64,000 bases of DNA from Candidatus Latescibacterota bacterium (GCA_965116885.1 OZ220741.1:832001-896000), one strand, 5' to 3'; positions 19,928 to 28,719 are shown, numbered from the stretch's first letter. The notes: a model not told the origin generated them from the sequence alone. A program made the numbers and translations.

Positions 19928-21106
19928 TTATTTTTCTTTCCCTACCGTCAACGTCACATCGGGGATCGAAGTCCTTATTTCGTACGAGGCACGCAAGTTT
20001 ATCACTTGTCGCGTGCGGTCAATCTCTGCAGCCAGGAGTTCAGCGTCGGGCAGTGTAGTTCGATACTCGGCTGGCATTACATTGTTCGTCAACCCTCCGA
20101 GCGCGTACCGGGCAACGGCTTCGTTTTTCTCCGAGCAGAGAATTAGTCCTACGGGCGGGTTTTCATCCTCGTGCGTCCAGTGTTCCCGTGCATAGTTAAG
20201 ATAGAGGTTCATTTGTCCAGCGTCGGCGTGAGTGAATTTTCCGAGTTTCAAGTCAATGACCACCAGACACCGCAGACGACGATGATAAAACAGCAAATCT
20301 ACCCGATACCACTCGTCGCCAACACGCAGACGTTTTTGCCTGCCCATGAAGCAGAAATCCCCGCCCAATTCCATAAGAAAAGTCTCCAGGTGAGAGATTA
20401 ACGCTTCTTCCAGGTCGCTTTCAGAGTATTCGTCCTTGAGATCGAGAAATTCGAGAACGAATGGATCTTTGATTTCCTCTTCGGGGAGAACGCGGTCTTC
20501 AGATTGTGCCTTCTGGCCTTTGGTCAGCATGGCGGCTTTGTTCTTTGAGAGAGCCGTGCGCTCGTAGAACTGGGAATTGATCTGCCGGTTGAGCTGGCGA
20601 ACCGACCATCCTCCGCGCAGGGCCTCGGTTTCGTAGAACTCACGGGCGTTTATATTCTTCACAGAAAGCAATCGCACATAAGCGGACCACGAAAGAGGAA
20701 AGCGTGAGGCGATACTGGCCAAAGAAGATTCCGTTGATGTCGCTGGCAGCAGATTTTCGCTGGATTCAGATTCTCCAGACAGTGTCTGGAGAATTTGCTC
20801 AGGTGGATACGATTGGTAGAACAGACGCATCTGCCAGATATTCTGACGAGAAAACCCACGACCGAATCTTTCTGTGAGATCAACGGCCAGTCTTTCAACA
20901 AGTGCAGTTCCGTATTCGGCTCTCTCCTCACCTGACTGCTCAAATTCCACGACGTGCTGCCCGATCATCCAATACGCAGCCGTCATAACAGCGTTTACTG
21001 AACGAGCAGCAGTTCGCCTCGCCTCGTCGATAATACTGGATACATCACCAAAGATGGACTGGTACTGGACCTCAAGCTCGTCAGCTTTGACCATTGGCTT
21101 TTTCAT
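19928..21106 (-). CDS. YhcG/DUF1016 PD-(D/E)XK nuclease-domain protein
   Basis: YWMIG, GFSRQNIWQMRLFY, LSWSAY, IKDPFVLEFL, VDLLFYHRRLRCLVVIDLK, GQMNLYLNY. Confidence 0.93.
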   Translation of the reverse strand: MKKPMVKADELEVQYQSIFGDVSSIIDEARRTAARSVNAVMTAAYWMIGQHVVEFEQSGEERAEYGTALVERLAVDLTERFGRGFSRQNIWQMRLFYQSYPPEQILQTLSGESESSENLLPATSTESSLASIASRFPLSWSAYVRLLSVKNINAREFYETEALRGGWSVRQLNRQINSQFYERTALSKNKAAMLTKGQKAQSEDRVLPEEEIKDPFVLEFLDLKDEYSESDLEEALISHLETFLMELGGDFCFMGRQKRLRVGDEWYRVDLLFYHRRLRCLVVIDLKLGKFTHADAGQMNLYLNYAREHWTHEDENPPVGLILCSEKNEAVARYALGGLTNNVMPAEYRTTLPDAELLAAEIDRTRQVINLRASYEIRTSIPDVTLTVGKEK

Positions 21107-21255
21107 TTCGTCGTGTCTCCATGAATGTGCTGTCGAACCGGACGAATCGCCCCATCCACTTTTTGAATATAATGATAAATGCCTATTTGCAATTTACTCG
21201 AAAAAACAGGGGGTTTCAAGGTCATTTTTGAGTATAAAGATTATTTGCAAAATTT

Positions 21256-21288
21256 AAGACCAATCAGACAATGATGCTGATTGGTCTT
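21256..21288. terminator. 12-bp perfect hairpin downstream of the CBASS/Abi-like genes, possibly a terminator
   Basis: AAGACCAATCAG-N9-CTGATTGGTCTT; the U-tract is weak. Confidence 0.45.
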
Positions 21289-21342
21289 TGTACGACAAAA
21301 TAAGGCCCTATCTCCACCTTTTACCGTAGATTTCCCTTAACT

Positions 21343-22038
21343 CTAATATGGCAGTTCAATACCTGTCTCTTTCAGCAACATTCGGCCCAGAGATGAAATA
21401 TCTATCCGAGCCTTGAACTCGCCTGCCTGCAAATCGAATGGAGGGTACTCTCCTCTTTTTACACCGTCGTATTTGCGTCGAAGGAGTCCTAGCCTGAGTA
21501 GGTTTTGCTTGCCGAGGTTATAGAGTTCCGCTCTATCTACTTCTTCCCGAGACGATCCTGAGGTAACCGGTGGTGGTTGGTCAATGTTGTCCCAAGCGTT
21601 GGAACCAAGATCCGGGTATGATTGACCGTAGGCATTGAGCAGAAGGAATTCGTCGTCATCGATTTCGCCGAACAGATCAAGTAGTCGTTTTCTTCTTATG
21701 AGGTCCACCTCATCTTCCCTCAACCCGCGAAACACGATCTCCGCAATTTTTGTAATGCGATCAGATGTTGTTGCCCGTGCCGCAAAGAATCCGCCGGATT
21801 CAATCAGATCAATTTTCTCGACGTCAGCCAAGATGTGTTCGACTTTCTCTTTTTCCAGCGTCTCAAGTCTCGCATTAAGCTGCCGAAGATACTCGACGAT
21901 GCGGTCCTGCCTCAGCCGAGGAATTGCTTCGGTAATCAGTTCGGCCAGCGGCCCACCAATGACAGGCACAAGGCTTGCCGCGGTCTTCGTGACGGATGCA
22001 ATGTTGTCACGCAAGTTTTTATCCAATTGATCAGACAT
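21343..22038 (-). CDS. Hypothetical protein, Abi-alpha/DUF4393-like
   Basis: N-terminal SLVPVIGGPLAEL, helical core with LLDLFGEIDDDEFLLL, C-terminal ISSLGRMLL; GAGG RBS. The family call is by resemblance only. Confidence 0.5.
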   Translation of the reverse strand: MSDQLDKNLRDNIASVTKTAASLVPVIGGPLAELITEAIPRLRQDRIVEYLRQLNARLETLEKEKVEHILADVEKIDLIESGGFFAARATTSDRITKIAEIVFRGLREDEVDLIRRKRLLDLFGEIDDDEFLLLNAYGQSYPDLGSNAWDNIDQPPPVTSGSSREEVDRAELYNLGKQNLLRLGLLRRKYDGVKRGEYPPFDLQAGEFKARIDISSLGRMLLKETGIELPY

Positions 22039-22215
22039 GCAAGGTCCCTCTTATTGGTCTAAATATCGACAAGAGTGCATTACTGTAATAGCCTACACTA
22101 TGGATGGTTTACAACTGGCTGTATCTCAAGCCTGTTCACCTTCTTGCGGACTCGACAAGGCAGGTATGCGTTATAGACATGGACGAAATTTTCCAAATTA
22201 GTTTCAACAAGCCAT

Positions 22216-22950
22216 TCACCGCTTAATCATTTTGTTGAGAATGCGCCGAATTTGACGTTCAAGCGGCTCAGGAATTTGTAGATTTTCCGACTTGATCATA
22301 GCAATACAAACATCAAGTACCGCAACAAAATCGTTCTGTAAGATACGTGCCGTGTGTAGCTTGTGGAGATCTCGCAGAGCTTGACCGTGGCATTTGCGGA
22401 CTTTTTTGCCGCTACCGCACGGACAGGGATGGTGCCCGCGATAACCATACTCAATAAGGAAGGCAATGACAGCCAATGCCGCTCGTTCGTCGGTCAATTC
22501 AAGAGTATCCATATAGTGCTGAACGATGCCTACTGCACCGTGTTCTGCCTCACCAAAGGGATGCGTACCATATTTCTTGTAATAGCAGTATCCGAAGAAG
22601 TACGGAATGAGGAGACGGTTTACAAATCCCAAGAGTGAGGGTTGTTGCCAGAAGATGCGGTGTTTTTCGATGGGGATTCCAAGGCATAACGTACCGTCCC
22701 CGTTCAGGTGATCATAATCGCTATCGATCTTCCCACCGGTTTCACGGACGTACGGAAGATTCTCTGGGTAAATATCGGGGATGGTGAGTTCGATTTCGAA
22801 GCACTCTACGATTGTGCTATGTCCATTAGCCGATGCCTCAAACGGCAATGGACCTGATAATATTGTCGCGTTTTCTGCTCTCGTGATTGCCGTCAGCCCA
22901 CGGTGTACACATTGCAATTCGGCAATCTCGGCAACAAGTTCTTCTTTCAT
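22216..22950 (-). CDS. CBASS-associated E2/UBC-like protein with a C-terminal SEC-C zinc motif
   Basis: IPDIYPENLP, HLNGDGTLCLG (UBC active-site-like Cys), CPCGSGKKVRKCH; ATG abuts the CD-NTase stop. Confidence 0.8.
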   Translation of the reverse strand: MKEELVAEIAELQCVHRGLTAITRAENATILSGPLPFEASANGHSTIVECFEIELTIPDIYPENLPYVRETGGKIDSDYDHLNGDGTLCLGIPIEKHRIFWQQPSLLGFVNRLLIPYFFGYCYYKKYGTHPFGEAEHGAVGIVQHYMDTLELTDERAALAVIAFLIEYGYRGHHPCPCGSGKKVRKCHGQALRDLHKLHTARILQNDFVAVLDVCIAMIKSENLQIPEPLERQIRRILNKMIKR

Positions 22951-24156
22951 TTATGCTCTCCACGGCCTCGTCGACGTCGACTTTGAGATATGGATTCTCG
23001 GAACGCTACTTTCCGCAGCCACGCCAGATGCGATCAGGTCAAAATGTTTGGAGACAACCGCCGCACCGAGCGTCGCAGAAAGCCGTTCGCGCAGAATATT
23101 GAGGTGTGGCTCTTCCAAAATATCGAAAAGGGTTTCTTTTAACGCTGCAACCCAACGAAAAAAGGCTCTTGCACGCGCATGATTATTCTCATGCCAACGA
23201 TCAGCGAAATTCTCTTTGGAATTAACCGGATTACCAATATACCACCCACCGTCGGGCATGCGTTTAATGGGACTGTGGGGTGCCAAGCTTCTGTTCACAG
23301 TTCCGTTTTCAACGAGAACTGCATGTGCATGGAGCTGAGTGACAATACTGTGGAGTGCCGAGTAGATGTCAGGCTCGTCTTGGTAGAACTGCGCGGCGAG
23401 CGTAGTGATGATGATCGAGATAGGTGCGTATTTATTGTTCTGTTCATTGTCGAACATTATATCCCGATGTCGCTTCATGAGCTGAATCGAACGCTGGAGT
23501 GGCGTGCGGACGAGCGCGTCTGGAACATCGTCAATGCTCGCATAGATATGGGAACTCTGCGCCAGAATGGCCCGCTTCTGATCGGTTCGTGCGAATTCAA
23601 ATGCTGCTTGGTTCTGGCGGTCAAACCAAAGTCCGTAGCCTTTGGGATCGCTGGCCGACCAGATATAAACATTTTCTTTTTTGTTCGTAATGGCGATGGC
23701 TGTATCGAGAAGTTGTTGGGGGTCAGGAACCGACGGTAGGACGTCAAGGTGAAATCCAATATCATCCTGTTCGGCATACTCAAGTGTCCAGCACCGTTTG
23801 CCTTCTTCATCCAGCAACTTGCGGTACGTGCCGTGTTCCTTGAGGCGATTACCAACCATCAATTTCACAGATTGGGGAGTTGTCCAATGCTTTTCTATCG
23901 GCAATTCACATACAAGATCAATGTCGTAGCTAGCTTCGATACCGTCTCTTATGGGCCTGACGACGGTGCCAAGGCGAAAGGACCCTTGTGGATAAATGCT
24001 GGGTTCACCGGCGCAACCCGGATACTCACCACCCTCAAGATATTTGCCAACAGCCTGATAGCGATCAACCGCGTCTTGATATTTGCTCGGCGGAATGTCG
24101 ATAGTTTCCGCAACCTTCTCTAAAAATCTTGAATATCTATTTTTATCAACCATCAT
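22951..24156 (-). CDS. cGAS/DncV-like nucleotidyltransferase (CD-NTase)
   Basis: YPQGSFRLGT, YDIDLV, FHLDVLP catalytic acidic triad, LMKRHRD, PISIIITTLAA, NPVN.KENFADRW. Confidence 0.93.
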   Translation of the reverse strand: MMVDKNRYSRFLEKVAETIDIPPSKYQDAVDRYQAVGKYLEGGEYPGCAGEPSIYPQGSFRLGTVVRPIRDGIEASYDIDLVCELPIEKHWTTPQSVKLMVGNRLKEHGTYRKLLDEEGKRCWTLEYAEQDDIGFHLDVLPSVPDPQQLLDTAIAITNKKENVYIWSASDPKGYGLWFDRQNQAAFEFARTDQKRAILAQSSHIYASIDDVPDALVRTPLQRSIQLMKRHRDIMFDNEQNNKYAPISIIITTLAAQFYQDEPDIYSALHSIVTQLHAHAVLVENGTVNRSLAPHSPIKRMPDGGWYIGNPVNSKENFADRWHENNHARARAFFRWVAALKETLFDILEEPHLNILRERLSATLGAAVVSKHFDLIASGVAAESSVPRIHISKSTSTRPWRA

Positions 24157-24158
24157 TA

Positions 24159-25166
24159 TTACTCCTTGTTAAGTTGGTAAACCGGCGTGAATGCATCCGC
24201 CGGCTGATCAAAGAAAACGAGATCAAGAATGGGTTGTCGGTCACGAGCTTTCGTATGGCCGAGACCTTTCAATTTTTGGATAACCCGCGTGTCGTCCATC
24301 TTGTAAGTATCCTTGGAGACGGTGTGATCGATCCGATGTATGGCAGTTCGATCGTGTTCGTCCCCGGTGAGTAATTTGGCGATGCCCATCGCACCATGCG
24401 ACTGGCCATCCATGAACAACTTTACGATATTTGTACCAAGGGTCCCGATCCCGGCCCTCTCGGGAATGGTGTAGGTCTCTGCCAGACACCCCAAGCTCAG
24501 GATGTGAAGGGAGTCTCTTGGCCAGTCTAGCACGGTTGTGGCTTCAACCGCGGCAATGCCGATCGGATTGTTCGCCCAGACCCCGCCGTCAAGGAGCCCA
24601 ACATCGTGCTGTGTGATGTGGTGTTGGAAATAGGTTGGCGCAGCGGATGTGGCAAGGGCGGCATCGACGGCCGGGGATCGATAATCATTCTTCAGACGAG
24701 GATGATGGGCTGTCTTGTAGATATAAACGCACCGCGCAACCGGATTCCAGGCAGGAACCATAAGGCGGGTCGTTGCTTCGCCAATGCGCTTGTTGCCGAA
24801 AACGTCCTGAAGTGCACTACGTAGCGCATTAGAATCGTACTTCCGTCGGTAGAGCCATTGGATACCACGAAGTTTTCTATAGGCAAAACCTTGTAGCGCG
24901 TCATGATTCTGTCCGAAGACGTCAGGCCCGCATTTTTCGTAAAGGTCAAGGAGTTTTGTGGCGGGAAGGCCCATAGCCAGTCCGATGGCGAGAATTCCGC
25001 CGGTTGATGTACCGGCGATCAGGTCGAAATACGCACCAATTGGATATTTGAGATGTTGTTCCAGTGCCGCAAGAAAGGCCGCCGGAAAGGTGCCGAGAAT
25101 ACCCCCACCGTCAATAGAGAGAATGCGGCGTTTCGGTTCTTGTTGATATTGTTTTTCCTCTATCAT
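24159..25166 (-). CDS. capV: Patatin-like phospholipase, CBASS effector (CapV-like)
   Basis: DGGGILG, GTSTG (GxSxG), TSAAPTYF, DGGVWANNP; adjacent to the CD-NTase; GAGG RBS before ATG 25166. Confidence 0.88.
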   Translation of the reverse strand: MIEEKQYQQEPKRRILSIDGGGILGTFPAAFLAALEQHLKYPIGAYFDLIAGTSTGGILAIGLAMGLPATKLLDLYEKCGPDVFGQNHDALQGFAYRKLRGIQWLYRRKYDSNALRSALQDVFGNKRIGEATTRLMVPAWNPVARCVYIYKTAHHPRLKNDYRSPAVDAALATSAAPTYFQHHITQHDVGLLDGGVWANNPIGIAAVEATTVLDWPRDSLHILSLGCLAETYTIPERAGIGTLGTNIVKLFMDGQSHGAMGIAKLLTGDEHDRTAIHRIDHTVSKDTYKMDDTRVIQKLKGLGHTKARDRQPILDLVFFDQPADAFTPVYQLNKE

Positions 25167-25291
25167 TATTTTCCTCAACAGGGTAATGCCGGTTGTTATC
25201 AAGTAAGCAGATCGCCATGGAGTTCTTCTGCACGTCGTTAATGCAACTTCGAGCATATTACCGGCAGGAATTATATTATCAGACTCTTTGC

Positions 25292-25350
25292 ATGTTAAAT
25301 GTTTTGCAACACTAAACAATTAACATAAAAAAAACGGAGACAAATGTCAA
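25292..25350 (-). promoter_or_regulatory. CBASS promoter with an overlapping operator-like inverted repeat
   Basis: Minus strand TTGACA (25350-25345), 17 nt, TATGTT (25327-25322). A 13-bp inverted repeat (25292-25304 / 25314-25326, 1 mismatch) covers the -10 and start region. Confidence 0.65.
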
Positions 25351-25528
25351 GGTCAATCATGCGTCACTCCTGTCAGTCACCGCCGACAGCCTACGGGTCC
25401 TTATTCCACTAACTTGAGGACAAGATATACAACCAAGGGTGGGATGTCTAAGATACGGTATTATCACGGATTGATAAGGCATGTATAGTCGGTTAGTCGT
25501 AGCATACTTCTTACCCGTTTTTTAATCC

Positions 25529-26197
25529 TTAATTTACATATAGATTTAACCTATCTATCATATCCCCTGTGGTATCGCGCACCAGTTGTGTCTGCTTTAA
25601 CCGAATCATCATCGCCTGTATGGACACGCCAAAAGTTTTATTGAAATTTCTAGCCACATGGTTGAGGCAGTCTTCATATTGGCTAAACCGTGTGCCCCGC
25701 TTAAACGAATAGGCTTCTTTTCCGTAATATTCACGTACTGCTTGAGCCAGAAGATTACGAGGCATTAATATACACGCAGCAGTGAAATCAGCCTGTAATT
25801 CTTCTCTTTTTTTCTTTTGGGAATCTCGGCAGATAATATTTGCGCTCGTGGTACCAAAGAAATTTATTTGATTGGGATTGGGCATAAAAAACTCTCTGTG
25901 TAGCTCCCAGTGTGCTACTTCATGAGCCGCAGTAAAATTAAATCTTCCGACTTCTCTTTCAAGGGAACTGTCAATCACGATTCGACGTTCTAAGAAGTAA
26001 ATTCCACCTAAAATATCCGAACATTCCAGTTCATCTCTAAGATTGTCAATCTCAAGAGATAATTTTAGGTGGCTTTCGATAATGTCATCTATAGGGATTG
26101 GTAGGCCCAGTTGACCCCGATCTTGTTTGTATTCAAGCAAAAGTTTTTGGGCTACTGCCTCCATCTCATCGTATGTTAAGTAAGGGACGACAACCAC
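25529..26197 (-). CDS. ImmA/IrrE-family metallopeptidase (CapP-like)
   Basis: PIPIDDI, RFNFTAAHEVAHWELH (HExxH), IICR insert, ELQADFTAACILMP, FGVSIQAMMIRL; GTG start with AGGAG RBS. Confidence 0.85.
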   Translation of the reverse strand: MVVVPYLTYDEMEAVAQKLLLEYKQDRGQLGLPIPIDDIIESHLKLSLEIDNLRDELECSDILGGIYFLERRIVIDSSLEREVGRFNFTAAHEVAHWELHREFFMPNPNQINFFGTTSANIICRDSQKKKREELQADFTAACILMPRNLLAQAVREYYGKEAYSFKRGTRFSQYEDCLNHVARNFNKTFGVSIQAMMIRLKQTQLVRDTTGDMIDRLNLYVN

Positions 26198-26215
26198 AAG
26201 TACACTCCTAAACCA

Positions 26216-26575
26216 TTATTGTTTACGCCGATTTCTTGTATCGTCTATTAACTGATCCCATTCGGTGGACGAAAGATTCTGTTGAGCAATTGTTCGCATC
26301 AATTCTGGTAACTTTTCTTTGTAAATTTTATTTTTTTTATAGGTTTCTTCGATATCGGGGTGCACCCGATGATCCACAAGACTAAAAATTTCATCTTTGT
26401 CTTTATCATAAACTTTTGCGATCTGTAAAAGTTTATCAGCTTGGGGTGAATTCTCCTTGTTATTTTCAAGTCGGCTCAGATAGGTTGCTGAAATTCCAAT
26501 CCTTTTAGCGGACTCTCGCAAACCAAGACGCAAATCAAGCCGCCACTGTTTGATAGTTTCTCCAAATGTAGCCAT
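26216..26575 (-). CDS. XRE-family HTH repressor (CapH-like)
   Basis: TFGETIKQWR...LRESAKRIGISATYLSRLENN HTH plus a ~50-aa C-terminal extension; GGAGG RBS. Confidence 0.85.
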   Translation of the reverse strand: MATFGETIKQWRLDLRLGLRESAKRIGISATYLSRLENNKENSPQADKLLQIAKVYDKDKDEIFSLVDHRVHPDIEETYKKNKIYKEKLPELMRTIAQQNLSSTEWDQLIDDTRNRRKQ

Positions 26576-26596
26576 GCTTTATCCTCCACAGCTTGC

Positions 26597-26630
26597 AGTG
26601 TAATGTAACACTAAACAAATATAAAGTCAA
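26597..26630 (-). promoter_or_regulatory. Promoter of the HTH-peptidase pair with the shared operator box
   Basis: Minus strand TTGACT (26630-26625), 17 nt, TACATT (26607-26602). Plus-strand TGTAACACTAAACAA (26604-26618) matches 25305-25319 at 14/15 positions. Confidence 0.65.
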
Positions 26631-26718
26631 GATATTTTCAGAAAAATACTGCGGATAGTGAACTTGCCGGAGTTGTTTGGCACCACAAGCACATTGAACC
26701 TCTGAAGACTGACCGAAT

Positions 26719-26848
26719 TGGACTTAATCCGTTTTAGTGGACAACTTATCTTTTTCAGAGAAAGGAGTCCACAATCACAATAAAAAGAAAAAGATCATAT
26801 CCAACAGCATTTCGTCAGCAAGTTGTGAGCTTCAAACCGCCTTGTTGA
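26719..26848 (+). mobile_element. IS3-family left-end remnant (IR plus dead OrfA N-terminus)
   Basis: TGGACTTAATCCGTTTTAGTGGACA resembles IS3-type terminal IRs (TG...TAGTGGACA). It is followed by an AAAGGAG RBS and ATC (a decayed ATG) reading TIKRKRSYPTAFRQQVV, then an early stop. Confidence 0.6.
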
Positions 26849-26987
26849 GATTCACACCGACCCTATTGACTTGTTCAAGAAAGAAATCCAAAAGATTGAT
26901 CCTCCCTGAGCCTTTAAGTCTCTGTGCACAAATTTTTTACTCGAAAACGCATTCTGGCAACGCCGCTACATCACCCGCCGCGTAGAA

Positions 26988-27836
26988 TTAAGAAATTAGA
27001 TGACCAGCCTCCTCCATCAACCGCAGCCAATCCTCATGACCGCTTGCCACCCGATCCGGGTCTATCTCACTTCTCGCAACAAAGCCCGGCACCTCCTCAC
27101 GCCCGGTTGGCAACCTGTAATCGCTATATCGAATATCCAGACTCCAGCGAATATGATCGGACGCATTGGGAAACGAGCGATGTATTGTCTTATGCTGAAT
27201 CAACGCGGCGCCCCCGGCCGGTAGCACAGACAAAACGCGATCCCCCCGCGGCAACTGATCCTCGGGAATCTCCTTCTCTGAATCCGCCGGATCGTGTGGA
27301 AGAATACCGTGCTTGTGACTCCCCGCCAAAATCTCCAGGCAGCCATTCTCCACATCCGTATCCACCAGCGGCACCCAGAAATTGACCATAAAAGTCTCCT
27401 CCACCTCCGGATCCAGAAACGCGATATCCTGATGCCACAACACCTCTTCCTCACCGGGCATCTTTGCGCGGATATTAAACTGCGGATGCACCAGAATTTC
27501 CGGCCCAATAATCGACTCCACCACATCCAGAATAGCCGGATGTGTCAGGAAAAAAAACAACCCCGCAGTCTTGTGAGCCTTGCCCAAAATCTCACCCACA
27601 AAACGCTTATCCGTCCCCAAAGCCTCGCACAAATACGCCAATCGGCACTCAAAAGGCGCGTCCTCAAAAAGACGCTCCAATTGACCCAGGGCATAAGCCT
27701 CTCTCGCCTTTTGTCCAATCACCGCATCAAACTCATCCACAAGCGGCTGATATGCCTCTGGGGGCAAACACTCGTCCAGCAACAAATACCCCTCATCCTT
27801 GTAAAAAGCAATCTGCTCACCAGTCAAACCACCCAT
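26988..27836 (-). CDS. PhyH-family dioxygenase
   Basis: LTGEQIAFYKDEGY, WHQD, WVPLVD..VENGCLEILAGSH, IHRSFPN.SDHIRWSLD. Confidence 0.9.
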   Translation of the reverse strand: MGGLTGEQIAFYKDEGYLLLDECLPPEAYQPLVDEFDAVIGQKAREAYALGQLERLFEDAPFECRLAYLCEALGTDKRFVGEILGKAHKTAGLFFFLTHPAILDVVESIIGPEILVHPQFNIRAKMPGEEEVLWHQDIAFLDPEVEETFMVNFWVPLVDTDVENGCLEILAGSHKHGILPHDPADSEKEIPEDQLPRGDRVLSVLPAGGAALIQHKTIHRSFPNASDHIRWSLDIRYSDYRLPTGREEVPGFVARSEIDPDRVASGHEDWLRLMEEAGHLIS

Positions 27837-27846
27837 GATTTATCTC

Positions 27847-28626
27847 CTATTTCTTCCATTCCTCACAGCCCCCAAACGGCATAGTCTCCCCCGGAACATA
27901 TCGTGGGCGTGCCGCATACACATTCGCAACATCCGGAGAGGCTTTGCCGCGCACGAGAATATTCTCGTGACCTTCTCTATTTACCCACGTCGTCGTCGGA
28001 ATATACCGCAACGTAAGCCCAACGCGCCACTGATCCGAAGTATTGGCATTCGAACCGTGGATAATATTCGGATTGTGGATCGAAACATCGCCCGCGTTGA
28101 GCTCCAGATCAACCGCATCGGAATCGTCAATCTGATCCGGATGAATACCCACGCCGAGCACGTACTTTTCCTGGTCCAGATCAATGAGATCGCGGCGCTT
28201 GAGCAAATGCTTATTATGCGTCCCCGGCAACACCCGCATACAGCCATTCTCAACCGTCGAAGGCGTCCCCGCAACCCACAAAGTCGTCACCTCCATCGGC
28301 TCGAGGGGCCAATAAGACCCGTCTTGGTGCCACTGCACAGCCTGACCATCGCCCGGGGGTTTGGCGATGTAATGTGCGGCAAACATCGCAACATCGGGCC
28401 CGAGAAATTGCTCGGCAATATCCACAAGGCGCTCATCGCCCACGAGCCGGTGCATAAAAGGATCGCGGGCGAGCAAATGATGATGCAAACGCTCTGGACG
28501 CACGCCGGGATTCCGCTCAATAAGCCAGTGGACGTGTTGCACCGTCTCCTCTGCGAGCGCCGCATCAATCGCCTTACGCGCGATAGCATAGCCATTTTGA
28601 TCGTATTCAAATCGCAAATTTTTCAT
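27847..28626 (-). CDS. PhyH-family dioxygenase
   Basis: YDQNGY, WHQD, ENGCMRVLPGTH, IHGSNANTS. Confidence 0.9.
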   Translation of the reverse strand: MKNLRFEYDQNGYAIARKAIDAALAEETVQHVHWLIERNPGVRPERLHHHLLARDPFMHRLVGDERLVDIAEQFLGPDVAMFAAHYIAKPPGDGQAVQWHQDGSYWPLEPMEVTTLWVAGTPSTVENGCMRVLPGTHNKHLLKRRDLIDLDQEKYVLGVGIHPDQIDDSDAVDLELNAGDVSIHNPNIIHGSNANTSDQWRVGLTLRYIPTTTWVNREGHENILVRGKASPDVANVYAARPRYVPGETMPFGGCEEWKK

Positions 28627-28644
28627 AATACACTTTCAGGACAC

Positions 28645-28671
28645 GGGCGGGCACAGGGGCACCGCCCCTAC
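28645..28671. repeat. Degenerate GTAG REP
   Basis: GGGCGGGCACAGGGGCACCGCCCCTAC. Confidence 0.7.
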
Positions 28672-28719
28672 ATACGTTTCTTACTACCGCTCACCATCCT
28701 GATCATCCTTTCATCCTGA

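Noticed and set aside
21343..22950. Full type II CBASS (Cap2 E1-E2 plus Cap3 JAB)
   Set aside because: No ThiF/E1 nucleotide-binding motif and no JAB HxH motif seen in either downstream ORF
25167..25319. 51-aa N-terminal extension of the patatin ORF in the ORF track
   Set aside because: Overlaps the predicted promoter/operator region; the RBS and domain start support ATG 25166
19160..26985. Prophage or integrative element
   Set aside because: No integrase, att-like direct repeats, tRNA target or phage structural genes seen
26737..27385. Plus-strand ORFs of 82 and 153 aa at the island edge
   Set aside because: The first overlaps the IS scar in a non-transposase frame; the second is antisense to phyH
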